A stretch of 54,025 nucleotides of DNA. Source: an uncultured Spirochaetia bacterium. Lineage in GTDB: Bacteria > Oederibacteriota > PGYV01 > CAYTNY01. Shown piece after piece: positions 12,764-21,387 of this stretch. Position numbers and translations under genes: made by a program. Below the pieces are notes generated by a model. The model did no database searches and had not been told where the DNA came from. It saw nothing but the letters and a program-made list of their open reading frames with translations. Numbering within the stretch: the first letter of the stretch is position 1; every line of letters starts with the position of its first letter. The stretch lies in NCBI GenBank assembly GCA_964439215.1, contig CAYTNY010000003.1:1-54025 (forward strand), written 5' to 3'.

Positions 12764-13081
12764 ATGAAAAACATGAACATGAATAAGCTTATGCAGCAGG
12801 CACAGCAGATGCAGCAGAAATTCGCGCAGATGCAGGAGGAACTGAAGGAAAAAACAATAGAAGCATCAGCAGGGGGCGGAGCGGTAACTGTTACGGCAAC
12901 AGGCGCAAAGCAGATAACCGATATAAAAATAGACAAAGAAGCTGTTGATCCGGAAGATCTTGAAATGCTTCAGGATATGATACTTGCCGCGGTAAATGAG
13001 GCGCTGAATAAGGCCCAGGAAATGGTGGATGATGAAACAAAGAAACTGACGGGAGGAATGGGAGTTCCGGGAATGTTCTGA
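12764..13081 (+). CDS. ybaB: YbaB/EbfC nucleoid-associated protein
   Basis: QQAQQMQ..SAGGGAV..DLEMLQDMILAAVNEA; dnaX-ybaB-recR synteny. Confidence 0.95.
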   Translation: MKNMNMNKLMQQAQQMQQKFAQMQEELKEKTIEASAGGGAVTVTATGAKQITDIKIDKEAVDPEDLEMLQDMILAAVNEALNKAQEMVDDETKKLTGGMGVPGMF

Positions 13082-13689
13082 TGTATAAATATCCTTTTAA
13101 ACTTGAAAAACTTGTAAATGAAATTTCAAAACTTCCTTCCGTGGGGCCGAAAATGGCAGAAAGAATGGCTCTTTATATTTTAAAAAAATCACCGGAATTT
13201 CCGGAATCCCTTGCCTGTGCGCTTATGGATGTAAAAGATGTCACATTCTGTGAAATATGTTTTAATGTAAGTGATGCGGAAAGATGTACAATCTGTATGG
13301 ATGAAAACAGGGAAAACACCGCTATATGCATAGTGGAATCCCCCGAAGATATAATAACGGTTGAAAGAACAATGAAATTTAAAGGATACTATCATGTACT
13401 GCATGGCCTTGTAAATCCTCTCGGAAATATACTGCCTGAAAATCTGAAATTATCCGAACTGTCGGAAAGAATAAAAAACGCGGATAACGGATTAAATGAA
13501 ATTATTCTTGCCATAAATCATACGGTGGAAGGGGATGCAACCTGCCTATATGTAAATGATACCGTTAAAGAAACAGGAAAATATCTGAAGGTTTCAAGGC
13601 TTGCAAAAGGGCTCCCCACAGGATCTGATATAAGATATGCGGATGAAATAACGCTTGGACAGGCTATTATTGAAAGAAAAGAAATATAA
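13081..13689 (+). CDS. recR: Recombination mediator RecR
   Basis: LPSVGPKMAER HhH, CEIC..CTIC Zn finger, YHVLHG, TVEGDAT, RLAKGLP. Confidence 0.96.
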   Translation: MYKYPFKLEKLVNEISKLPSVGPKMAERMALYILKKSPEFPESLACALMDVKDVTFCEICFNVSDAERCTICMDENRENTAICIVESPEDIITVERTMKFKGYYHVLHGLVNPLGNILPENLKLSELSERIKNADNGLNEIILAINHTVEGDATCLYVNDTVKETGKYLKVSRLAKGLPTGSDIRYADEITLGQAIIERKEI

Positions 13690-13706
13690 GCGGAAAAGGA
13701 AATAAA

Positions 13707-14912
13707 ATGAAAAAACCCGAAATACTCGCGCCTGCGGGGAATTTTGAAAAAATGAAATTTGCTTTTGAATACGGGGCAGATGCCGTATATGCGGCGGCTG
13801 AAGGTTTTTCTCTCAGAAGTTTTGCGGGCAACTTTAAATATGAGGAAATGGAAAGAGCGGTTGAGTATGCGCACGGCATAGGGAAAAAAATATATGCAGC
13901 CGTAAATATATACCCGCGGAGTTTTGAACTTGAAGCTGCGGCAAAACATCTGGAATTTATCGGCGGAATAAAAGCGGATGGTATTATTGTTTCGGATCTG
14001 GGTATGCTGTCACTTGTGAAAAAACACGCACCAAAAATACCTGTTCATATATCGGTTCAGGCAAATAATGTAAATTATGAACAGATAAGAATGTGGAAAG
14101 AACTTGGTGCTTCCAGGGTAATACTGGCAAGAGAACTGTCTATTGATGAGATAACCGTGATAAGAAAAAAAGTTCCCGAAATAGAACTGGAAATGTTTGT
14201 TCACGGGGCAATTTGTATGTCATATTCCGGCAGATGTCTTCTTTCAAATTATCTGACATTCAGGGACGCAAACAGAGGCGAATGCACACAGCCGTGCAGA
14301 TGGAATTATACACTGGAAGAAAAAAAAAGACCCGGCGAACATATACCTGTTTTTGAAGATGAAAGAGGAACATATATTTTTAATTCAAAAGATCTGCGCC
14401 TCATAGAAAAAATACCGGAACTTGTCAATGCCGGGATAGACAGTTTTAAAATAGAAGGAAGAATGAAAGGCATAAGCTATGCCGCTGTAACATCATATGC
14501 TTATAAAAAAGCACTTAACGATTTTATTGCGGGAAAGTCTTTTGATCCGGTTTTGAAAGAAGAACTTGAAACAATAAGCCACAGAGAATATACCACGGGA
14601 TTTGTTTTTGATGACAAACAGGCCAAACAGGCATATAAATCTTCCGATTATATAAGCACCGCAAGATTTGCGGGATATGTCAAAGAAGCGGGAACTGAAA
14701 ATGAATGCCTTATAGAAGCAAAACATACAATAAGAATAAATGACAGTATGGAAGTTTTTACGCCAAAGGGAAAAATATTCACCGCAGAAGTTCAATCAAT
14801 AAAAAATGAAGAAGGCGAAGAATTTATGCATACCAAAAATCAGCAGCAGTATGTTTTAGTGCTGAAAACAGAAAATAAAATTCCGGAATACAGTATATTA
14901 AGATACCGATAA
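13707..14912 (+). CDS. Peptidase U32 family protein (TrhP/YegQ-like, probable tRNA hydroxylation)
   Basis: PEILAPAG, GADAVY, LARELS, HGAICMSYSGRCLLS, NRGECTQPCR, KIEGR. Confidence 0.9.
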   Translation: MKKPEILAPAGNFEKMKFAFEYGADAVYAAAEGFSLRSFAGNFKYEEMERAVEYAHGIGKKIYAAVNIYPRSFELEAAAKHLEFIGGIKADGIIVSDLGMLSLVKKHAPKIPVHISVQANNVNYEQIRMWKELGASRVILARELSIDEITVIRKKVPEIELEMFVHGAICMSYSGRCLLSNYLTFRDANRGECTQPCRWNYTLEEKKRPGEHIPVFEDERGTYIFNSKDLRLIEKIPELVNAGIDSFKIEGRMKGISYAAVTSYAYKKALNDFIAGKSFDPVLKEELETISHREYTTGFVFDDKQAKQAYKSSDYISTARFAGYVKEAGTENECLIEAKHTIRINDSMEVFTPKGKIFTAEVQSIKNEEGEEFMHTKNQQQYVLVLKTENKIPEYSILRYR

Positions 14913-14957
14913 TAAAAAAAATAAAACTTGTATCCGGTATTTTTTTATAAATTCATC

Positions 14958-14985
14958 TTGAAAAATATATCCCGGAGGTTATAAT
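14958..14985 (+). promoter_or_regulatory. Putative sigma70 promoter for the DUF1844/phosphoesterase genes
   Basis: TTGAAA-16 nt-TATAAT followed by AGGGAG RBS before ATG 15013. Confidence 0.5.
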
Positions 14986-15012
14986 AAAATATATTTATAA
15001 AGGGAGAATAAA

Positions 15013-15411
15013 ATGGAAAAAAAGAAGCCGGAAGACAATATAGATTTTATGAATCTGGTTCTTATGCTTAATCAGAATGCTTTAATATCGCTGGGTGAAG
15101 CGCCGAGATTTGTAAGCGGGTCAAAAAAAGCAAATCTGCCTCATGCCCGCCAGACAATCAATATGATCAAAGCTATTCAGGATAAAACAAGGGGACAGTT
15201 ATCCTCCGCGGAAACAAAGCTTATTTTCAGAATTCTTGGCGAGCTTCAGAAAAAATATGTTGTTGCGTCCGGACTGATGTCCGAAAGCGGCGAACCGCTT
15301 AAACAGAAAAATTCTCAAAATGATAAAGATCCTCTTTCCAAAGGACTGGATAATCTTGACAACAGCCAGCTTGCCAATCTTCTTTCGGAGCTTCAGAAAA
15401 AATCAAAATGA
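15013..15411 (+). CDS. DUF1844 family protein
   Basis: F..LV..L...AL..LG..NLPHARQTI.M...IQDKTRGQL...E..L...L.ELQ..YV pattern. Confidence 0.8.
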   Translation: MEKKKPEDNIDFMNLVLMLNQNALISLGEAPRFVSGSKKANLPHARQTINMIKAIQDKTRGQLSSAETKLIFRILGELQKKYVVASGLMSESGEPLKQKNSQNDKDPLSKGLDNLDNSQLANLLSELQKKSK

Positions 15412-15926
15412 TAAAACTGAATAATATTGAAAAAATCGGGGTGCTGTCGGATACGCATATCAGCGGCAAAGGGGAAGGCCTTCCAAAAGAAATTTTTAAT
15501 ATTTTTAAAAATACTGATATTATTCTGCACGCCGGGGATTTTACGCACCCGGAAGTAATCACCGAACTTGAATCAATATCATCTGTTATAGGCGTAAAAG
15601 GAAATATGGATTCTTTTGATATACGGTATTCCGGCGAGGAGCTTATAAAGATAAATGAAAAATATCTGGCAGCAGTATGCCACGGTGCGGGTAAGCATAT
15701 GACCACAAAAACAAGAATGCATAAAAAATTTTTAAGGGATAAACCGGATATAATAATATACGGGCACACGCATAAAGCTGAAATTGATAATAAAGAAGGG
15801 ATTATTATGTTTAATCCCGGAAGCCCTGCCGCGGGATTTTCCGGTCCAAGTGTTGGTATTATTAATATAACAGATAAAGGTTTAAAACCTGAGATTATAT
15901 TTTTTTCCGAAAAAAATAACAACTGA
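15408..15926 (+). CDS. YfcE/MJ0936-family metallophosphoesterase
   Basis: SDTH, HAGD, VKGNMD, HG, GHTH, FNPGS. Confidence 0.92.
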   Translation: MIKLNNIEKIGVLSDTHISGKGEGLPKEIFNIFKNTDIILHAGDFTHPEVITELESISSVIGVKGNMDSFDIRYSGEELIKINEKYLAAVCHGAGKHMTTKTRMHKKFLRDKPDIIIYGHTHKAEIDNKEGIIMFNPGSPAAGFSGPSVGIINITDKGLKPEIIFFSEKNNN

Positions 15927-15992
15927 AAAAGTGTTTCAATATGCAATAAATCCTCAATATTATACGACTTTAATGTGAAAATTATAATTAAA

Positions 15993-16081
15993 TGTGGATG
16001 AAAAAAATAAAAAACCCTTATAAATAAGGGGTTTTATATATATGTGCAATATGGGGGTAATTGTGGAAAAAATGTGGATAA
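15993..16081. promoter_or_regulatory. Cluster of co-oriented DnaA-box-like 9-mers
   Basis: TGTGGATAA (16073-81, perfect), TGTGGAAAA (16062-70), TGTGGATGA (15993-16001), TGGGGGTAA (16052-60); very AT-rich tract follows. Confidence 0.55.
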
Positions 16082-16292
16082 AAGCAAAAAAATATCTGTA
16101 GTATATTTTATTTAAGTATTAATTTATATTAAAATCAGGCGTTTATTAACCTTTTCTAATTTTTTTTTTCTGGGTAACATATAAATACTTTCATGCTTCG
16201 CCGATATTTATTATATTAAAAAGAAGCAGGCAGAGAATAATTCAGCGGCTGTTTTTATTGATTATTTTTAATAAATTATTCTGTTTTAATTT

Positions 16293-16332
16293 AATAAGCA
16301 AGGGCCCTGTTTAACCAGGGCCCTTACTTATT
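16293..16332 (-). terminator. Hairpin, probable terminator of hsp20
   Basis: AATAAGCAAGGGCCCTG-TTTAAC-CAGGGCCCTTACTTATT inverted repeat just past the hsp20 stop. Confidence 0.7.
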
Positions 16333-16333
16333 A

Positions 16334-16756
16334 TTATTTGATCTTAATTTCTTTTGGTTTTTTGGCTTCTGTTTTCGGGATCGTCAGAGAAAGTTCGCCG
16401 TTCTCATATTTCGCATCAATTTTTTCCGTGTCTATGTCTTTGGGCAGCATAAACCTTCTTTCAAACGAACCATAGGATCTTTCATAATAATGATATTTCC
16501 TTTTTTCATCATCTTTGGTTTCTTCGTGTTTTCTTTCGCCGGTGATCCTTAAAACACCGTCATCAACTTCAATTTTGATGTCTTCCTGTTTCATTCCGGG
16601 AAGGTCGGCTTTTACCATGTAGTTGTCATTGTTTTCAACAATGTCAACTGCGGGGGACAGTTTTGACGATGGAAGGTCATTAGTGAAGAATTCATCGAAA
16701 AAATCCGCAAAAACATCTCTTTTCTGTGGTTCTGTGTTTCTTTTTGCAAGTTTCAT
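16334..16756 (-). CDS. Small heat-shock protein Hsp20/alpha-crystallin
   Basis: PAVDIVE..ADLPG..ERSYGSFERRFMLP..AKYENGEL..IKI; ATG 16756 follows GGAGGTG RBS. Confidence 0.95.
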   Translation of the reverse strand: MKLAKRNTEPQKRDVFADFFDEFFTNDLPSSKLSPAVDIVENNDNYMVKADLPGMKQEDIKIEVDDGVLRITGERKHEETKDDEKRKYHYYERSYGSFERRFMLPKDIDTEKIDAKYENGELSLTIPKTEAKKPKEIKIK

Positions 16757-16806
16757 TGTTCTCACCTCCATAATTTTTTTTACCCGGGCATTTCTAAATT
16801 AAAACA

Positions 16807-16822
16807 TGCATAAATCATGCCG
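16807..16822 (-). promoter_or_regulatory. sigma54 (-24/-12) promoter for hsp20
   Basis: Minus strand CGGCATGATTTATGCA = GG-N10-GC, about 50 nt upstream of the start. Confidence 0.7.
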
Positions 16823-16883
16823 CAGCGGTAATTATGAAAAGTATTAAAAAAAATATTATATACCGGAACATATAAAAATTTAA

Positions 16884-16943
16884 TGTGTTGAAATGTAACA
16901 TTGCTGTTGTAAAATAGAACATAAGAAATACGAAAATGCAACA
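16884..16943. promoter_or_regulatory. Three phased 17-bp sites, putative enhancer-binding-protein UAS
   Basis: TGTGTTGAAATGTAACA (16884), TGTTGTAAAATAGAACA (16905), AATACGAAAATGCAACA (16927); spacing 21 and 22 bp. Confidence 0.6.
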
Positions 16944-16981
16944 ATCGGAGCATAAAGATAAATTCTAAGTGTTTTTTTTTG

Positions 16982-16997
16982 CGGCATACTGATTGCA
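16982..16997 (+). promoter_or_regulatory. sigma54 (-24/-12) promoter for clpB
   Basis: CGGCATACTGATTGCA = GG-N10-GC with TTGCA, about 40 nt upstream of ATG and AGGAGG RBS. Confidence 0.75.
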
Positions 16998-17038
16998 TAT
17001 ATTATATTAACAATACGTTATAAAAAGGAGGCTCTAAA

Positions 17039-19609
17039 ATGGTGCCAATGGAAAAAATGACAATAAAAGCACAGGAAGCAGTTCAGAATGCTCATACACT
17101 TGCGGGTGAATATGGAAACCAGCAGATTACTGAAGAGCACCTGTTGTACAGTATATTAAGCGATGAAGAAGGCGCGGCAAAAAACATACTGCTTAAAACA
17201 GGCGCTGATATTGAACTTTTAAAAGAAAAAACAAAAACAGAACTGGAAAAAGCCGCAAAAGTATCGGGTGTATCACAGATATATATTTCAGATTCACTTA
17301 ATAAAATACTTGAAAATTCTCTGAAAAAAGCCCGGGAGCTTAAAGATGATTTTATAAATACAGAACATTTTATTCTGGCGATTGCAGCGGATAAAAAAAG
17401 TATTCTGGCTGATGCCGGTATTACGGAAAAAAACCTGCTTGCCGCAATGAAAGAAATAAGAGGAGGGCACAGGATAACAGATGCATCGCCGGAGGATAAA
17501 TATCAGTCGCTTAAAAAATACGGACGCGACCTTGTTGAACTGGCAAGTCTGGGAAAACTTGATCCCGTAATAGGAAGGGATGGTGAGATACGCAGGGTAA
17601 TGCAGGTGCTTTCCAGAAGAACAAAAAATAATCCTATTCTGATAGGAGAGGCCGGAGTCGGCAAGACTGCAATTGCAGAAGGCGTTGCCATCAGGATCGT
17701 AAAAGGCGATGTTCCGGAAGGCCTGAAGAATAAAAAGGTTGTGGCCCTCGATATAGGATCGCTGCTCGCCGGTGCTAAATTCAGGGGTGAATTTGAAGAA
17801 CGTCTTAAAGCGGTTGTAAAGGAAGTTGTAAAAGCAGAAGGGAGCATAATACTTTTTATAGATGAAATGCATACGCTTGTAGGGGCAGGAAAAACCGATG
17901 GCGCAATGGATGCGGCGAATATACTTAAACCTGCGCTTGCAAGAGGCGAACTGCGCGCCATAGGCGCCACGACACTGAAGGAATACAGGCTTTATATAGA
18001 AAAGGATCCCGCACTGGAAAGAAGATTTCAGCCGGTAGTGGTGCCGGAACCGTCTGTAGAGGATACTGTTTCAATATTGCGGGGAATCAAAGAAAAATAT
18101 GAGGTTCATCACGGGGTGCGTATAAAAGATGAGGCGCTTATTTCGGCGGCACAGCTGTCGGCTCGTTATATACAGGGAAGGTTTCTGCCGGATAAAGCAA
18201 TAGATCTTGTGGATGAAGCCGCGTCAAAAATTAAAATAGAGATAGAGTCAATGCCGGAAGAGGTTGATTCTCTGGAGAGAAAAATAAAGCAGATTGAGAT
18301 AGAAAAGCAGGGACTTAAAAACGAGGCCCGCACCGCAGAAATTAACGATAAAATATTATCGCTTGAAAAGCAGGCGGCGGACCTGAATGAACAAAAGTCC
18401 GCGGTCGCCGCAAAATGGCAGGAAGAAAAGAAAACTATTGATACGCTCAGAAAACTAAAATCTGAAATCGATGACCTTAAAACACAGGAAGAGCGCCATG
18501 AAAGAGAAGGAGAACTTGAAAAGGCAGCGAAGATAAAATACGGAATTCTTGTGGAAAAGGAAAAAGAACTGGAAAAAATGGAAAAGAACCTTAACTACGG
18601 CGAAAATGAAAAAAGGCTGCTAAAAGAAGAAGTTGAAGAAGAAGATATAGCGGAAGTTATATCAAACTGGACGGGTATTCCGGTGTCAAAAATGCTGGAA
18701 GCGGAAACACAAAAACTGCTTAAAATGGAAGAGCGTCTGGAAAAAAGAGTAGTCGGACAGAAACGCGCCATAGATGCTGTTTCAAATTCTATAAGACGTT
18801 CGCGTGCAGGCGTATCAGATGCAGCAAAACCCATGGGTGTTTTTCTTTTTTTAGGGCCCACAGGGGTAGGCAAAACAGAATTGGCAAAAGCGCTTGCTGA
18901 ATTTTTGTTTGACGATGAACATGCAATGCTGAGATATGATATGTCTGAATATATGGAAAAACATGAAGTATCAAAGCTTGTAGGAGCGCCTCCGGGATAT
19001 GTGGGCTATGAAGAAGGCGGGCAGCTTACGGAGAAAGTAAGGCGCAGGCCTTATTCTGTAATACTTTTTGATGAAATTGAAAAGGCTCATCCGGATGTGT
19101 TTAATATCCTGCTTCAGGTTTTTGATGACGGCAGGCTTACGGATGGACAGGGTAAAACAGTTGATTTTTCCAATACAGTTATAATTCTTACGTCAAATAT
19201 CGCAACATCAGTAATTTCCGCAATGGATGAAAAAGATCCTGATTTTAATGTGAAAGTAAATGCAGAACTGAAAAAATATTTCAGGCCGGAATTTTTAAAC
19301 AGGCTTGATGATGTTATAGTATTTCACAGGCTTTTAAGAGAGCATATAAAAGAAATAGTGGAAATACAGCTGCGCGGACTTAAACAGAGGCTTTCATCCC
19401 GTAAAATAAATATTGAATTGACGGAAAACGCAAAGAGCTTTCTGGCATCAGAAGGCTATGATGAGCAGTTTGGCGCGCGTCCCTTGAAAAGAGCTCTTCA
19501 AAAATATATTGAAAATGAGCTGGCAAGGCGTATTCTGGAGGGCCAGGTAATCCAGGGCAGCAGTATAACAGCTGATGAAAAAGACGGGGAAATAATATTT
19601 AAGACCTGA
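17039..19609 (+). CDS. clpB: ATP-dependent chaperone ClpB
   Basis: Two AAA+ modules (GEAGVGKT, GPTGVGKT), coiled-coil M domain, GARPLKR. Confidence 0.98.
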   Translation: MVPMEKMTIKAQEAVQNAHTLAGEYGNQQITEEHLLYSILSDEEGAAKNILLKTGADIELLKEKTKTELEKAAKVSGVSQIYISDSLNKILENSLKKARELKDDFINTEHFILAIAADKKSILADAGITEKNLLAAMKEIRGGHRITDASPEDKYQSLKKYGRDLVELASLGKLDPVIGRDGEIRRVMQVLSRRTKNNPILIGEAGVGKTAIAEGVAIRIVKGDVPEGLKNKKVVALDIGSLLAGAKFRGEFEERLKAVVKEVVKAEGSIILFIDEMHTLVGAGKTDGAMDAANILKPALARGELRAIGATTLKEYRLYIEKDPALERRFQPVVVPEPSVEDTVSILRGIKEKYEVHHGVRIKDEALISAAQLSARYIQGRFLPDKAIDLVDEAASKIKIEIESMPEEVDSLERKIKQIEIEKQGLKNEARTAEINDKILSLEKQAADLNEQKSAVAAKWQEEKKTIDTLRKLKSEIDDLKTQEERHEREGELEKAAKIKYGILVEKEKELEKMEKNLNYGENEKRLLKEEVEEEDIAEVISNWTGIPVSKMLEAETQKLLKMEERLEKRVVGQKRAIDAVSNSIRRSRAGVSDAAKPMGVFLFLGPTGVGKTELAKALAEFLFDDEHAMLRYDMSEYMEKHEVSKLVGAPPGYVGYEEGGQLTEKVRRRPYSVILFDEIEKAHPDVFNILLQVFDDGRLTDGQGKTVDFSNTVIILTSNIATSVISAMDEKDPDFNVKVNAELKKYFRPEFLNRLDDVIVFHRLLREHIKEIVEIQLRGLKQRLSSRKINIELTENAKSFLASEGYDEQFGARPLKRALQKYIENELARRILEGQVIQGSSITADEKDGEIIFKT

Positions 19610-19717
19610 AAACCGCATAAATTACGCAGTTTATAAAAGGCAGTTCAAAAACTGTTAAAATATTTTAAAAGCAGCAATTATTTTTATATTTTATCTAAGC
19701 CCAAAATTTATTTTTTC

Positions 19718-19745
19718 TTGACATTAAAAAAAAAAGCTATAAAAT
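19718..19745 (+). promoter_or_regulatory. Putative sigma70 promoter
   Basis: TTGACA-16 nt-TAAAAT. Confidence 0.45.
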
Positions 19746-19870
19746 ACTACTGTTTTATATTGTAATTTAACAGCAGGCAAAAATTATTTTTATGATGAAG
19801 AAAAAAATGAAATTACAGCAATGAAACTCTTAAAAAAGGTATTTATACCATAATTTTTTGAAAGAAAAAT

Positions 19871-20080
19871 GCGGACAATACGATCTGTTTAAAAAACCGG
19901 ATTTTAGACCTGTTATAAAAAAAGATGCCGAATAAGGATGGCTTGCGGAGCATATGTTAATGATGTATGTGAAAGAGCCGGAAGGAAGAAAATCATATTT
20001 TGCGGGAGTGTATATTTCAATGTACGGAAAAGCATATACGGCAATGGCAGAGGGCGAAATCATAGGAAGAGATTCCGATC
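19871..20080 (+). pseudogene. Decayed internal fragment of GTP-dependent PEP carboxykinase
   Basis: ADNTICLK/frameshift/KPDFRPVIKKDAE*GWLAEHMLMMYVKEPEGRKSYFAGVYISMYGKAYTAM matches PEPCK GNTIGLKK..EGWLAEHM..GRKxYFxGAYPSxCGKTxTAM; in-frame TAA at 19933-35. Confidence 0.7.
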
Positions 20081-20180
20081 TATCGGTTTCTGTAAGAGAA
20101 TGGGATCATAGTGTTATTATAATGAACGTTTTTATAGAATATGAAACAACCTTAAAAATTACAGTCAGAAAAAGCCGGTT

Positions 20181-21386
20181 ATGTTAAACCGCCGGACCTG
20201 CAGTAAAAAAATCAGAAAGAGTATTTTTATTGAAAAAACAGCGGTTTTTCTTTTCTTTTTTTTATTTATTTCACTTGGAATGTCAAATGCTCCCAAAACC
20301 GAGGAATATTACTGCGGGAAAATACTTGAATATATGAAAAAGAGTGAATATGTAAAAGCCGGTGAACTGATAGAAAAAGGGCTGGATAAACATCCTTCAA
20401 GTTCGGAACTTTATACTCTTTCGGGGGCATTATTTTTAAAAAGAAAAGAGTATGAAAGAGCTCTGGATGATCTTTCAAAGGCGGTAATGCTTGATAAACT
20501 TAATGCAAAAGCCGTAATGTACACCGGCGCGGTCTACCATCATCTTAAGGATAAGCGGGCCGTTTCTTTTCTTGAACAGGCGGTTTCAATGGATAAAAAC
20601 TTAAAAGAAGCATATCCTATGCTGGGAATGGAATATTTAAGAAATGGTGATATAAGAAAAGGTTCTGAAATATTAAACCGGGCCGCAGCGGAGGCATTTG
20701 AAAATGGAGACATGAAAACAGCAGAGAAACTGACAACAGAGGTTCTGCGCAGGGATCCGTCAAACGCGGAGACTTTTATTAATTCAGGCGATATACTGTA
20801 TTTTTATGGTGATAAGGAAAATGCGGCGAAAAGCTGGTATTTTTCCATAAAAAACAATCCTGAAAAACCTGAAGCGTATATACGCCTCGGAAAACTTTAT
20901 CTGGATGAATCAGAATATAAGGCGTGTGTGGATATTATTGAAAAATACACCAATAAATTTCCGGAATGCAGTATACCGGAAGTTTATTATTACAGGGGAA
21001 ACGCGTATTTTTCTCTGGGGGAATATCAGAAAGGCAAAAATATCCTGGAGGAAGGAATAAAAAAAGCGCCGGATTTTGCAGAAAATTACACTCTTTTGGG
21101 GTCTTATTATATAGATAAAGGGGATGTTGAACAGGGTATTACACTGATAAAAGAAGGACTCCGGATAAATCCAAAGGATGCAAAAGCTCTTTTATTTGCA
21201 GCATCATATGAAGCAGGCAGAGAAAAGTATAAGAAAGCTGTCCGGTATATTGAGCAGGCTGAAAAAGCAGATCCGGAATACAGCAGTGTTTACACAATAG
21301 GAGCGGAAATATACAGAAAAGCAGGACGATATATTAAAGCCTGGATGTATGACAGAAAAGCAAAGCAGCTGCGCGGTTTTAAATAA
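20181..21386 (+). CDS. Exported/membrane-anchored TPR-repeat protein
   Basis: N-terminal hydrophobic segment, then tandem ~34-aa TPR repeats (AYxxLGxxY..A...P). Confidence 0.85.
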   Translation: MLNRRTCSKKIRKSIFIEKTAVFLFFFLFISLGMSNAPKTEEYYCGKILEYMKKSEYVKAGELIEKGLDKHPSSSELYTLSGALFLKRKEYERALDDLSKAVMLDKLNAKAVMYTGAVYHHLKDKRAVSFLEQAVSMDKNLKEAYPMLGMEYLRNGDIRKGSEILNRAAAEAFENGDMKTAEKLTTEVLRRDPSNAETFINSGDILYFYGDKENAAKSWYFSIKNNPEKPEAYIRLGKLYLDESEYKACVDIIEKYTNKFPECSIPEVYYYRGNAYFSLGEYQKGKNILEEGIKKAPDFAENYTLLGSYYIDKGDVEQGITLIKEGLRINPKDAKALLFAASYEAGREKYKKAVRYIEQAEKADPEYSSVYTIGAEIYRKAGRYIKAWMYDRKAKQLRGFK

Positions 21387-21387
21387 C

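Noticed and set aside
16043-16081. GTGG repeats as an MraZ operator
   Set aside because: No mraZ/dcw genes adjacent, region lies between convergent genes, and the 9-mers fit DnaA boxes better
16194-16221. dif-like sequence (GCTTCGCCGAT ATTTA TTATATTAAAA)
   Set aside because: The XerD-like arm is plausible, but spacing is off by one and the XerC arm is poor; expected by chance in AT-rich DNA
16884-16900. CRP site for the local Crp regulator
   Set aside because: 17-bp TGT-N11-ACA geometry does not match the 16-bp TGTGA-N6-TCACA
16780-16998. 72-aa minus-strand ORF between hsp20 and clpB
   Set aside because: Overlies both sigma54 promoters and the UAS sites; no recognisable protein features
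19609-19632. Imperfect inverted repeat after clpB as terminator or att site
   Set aside because: Two mismatches on the + strand, minimal loop and no integrase nearby; function unsupported
19954-20187. 77-aa ORF as a novel small protein
   Set aside because: Better explained as part of the PEPCK remnant
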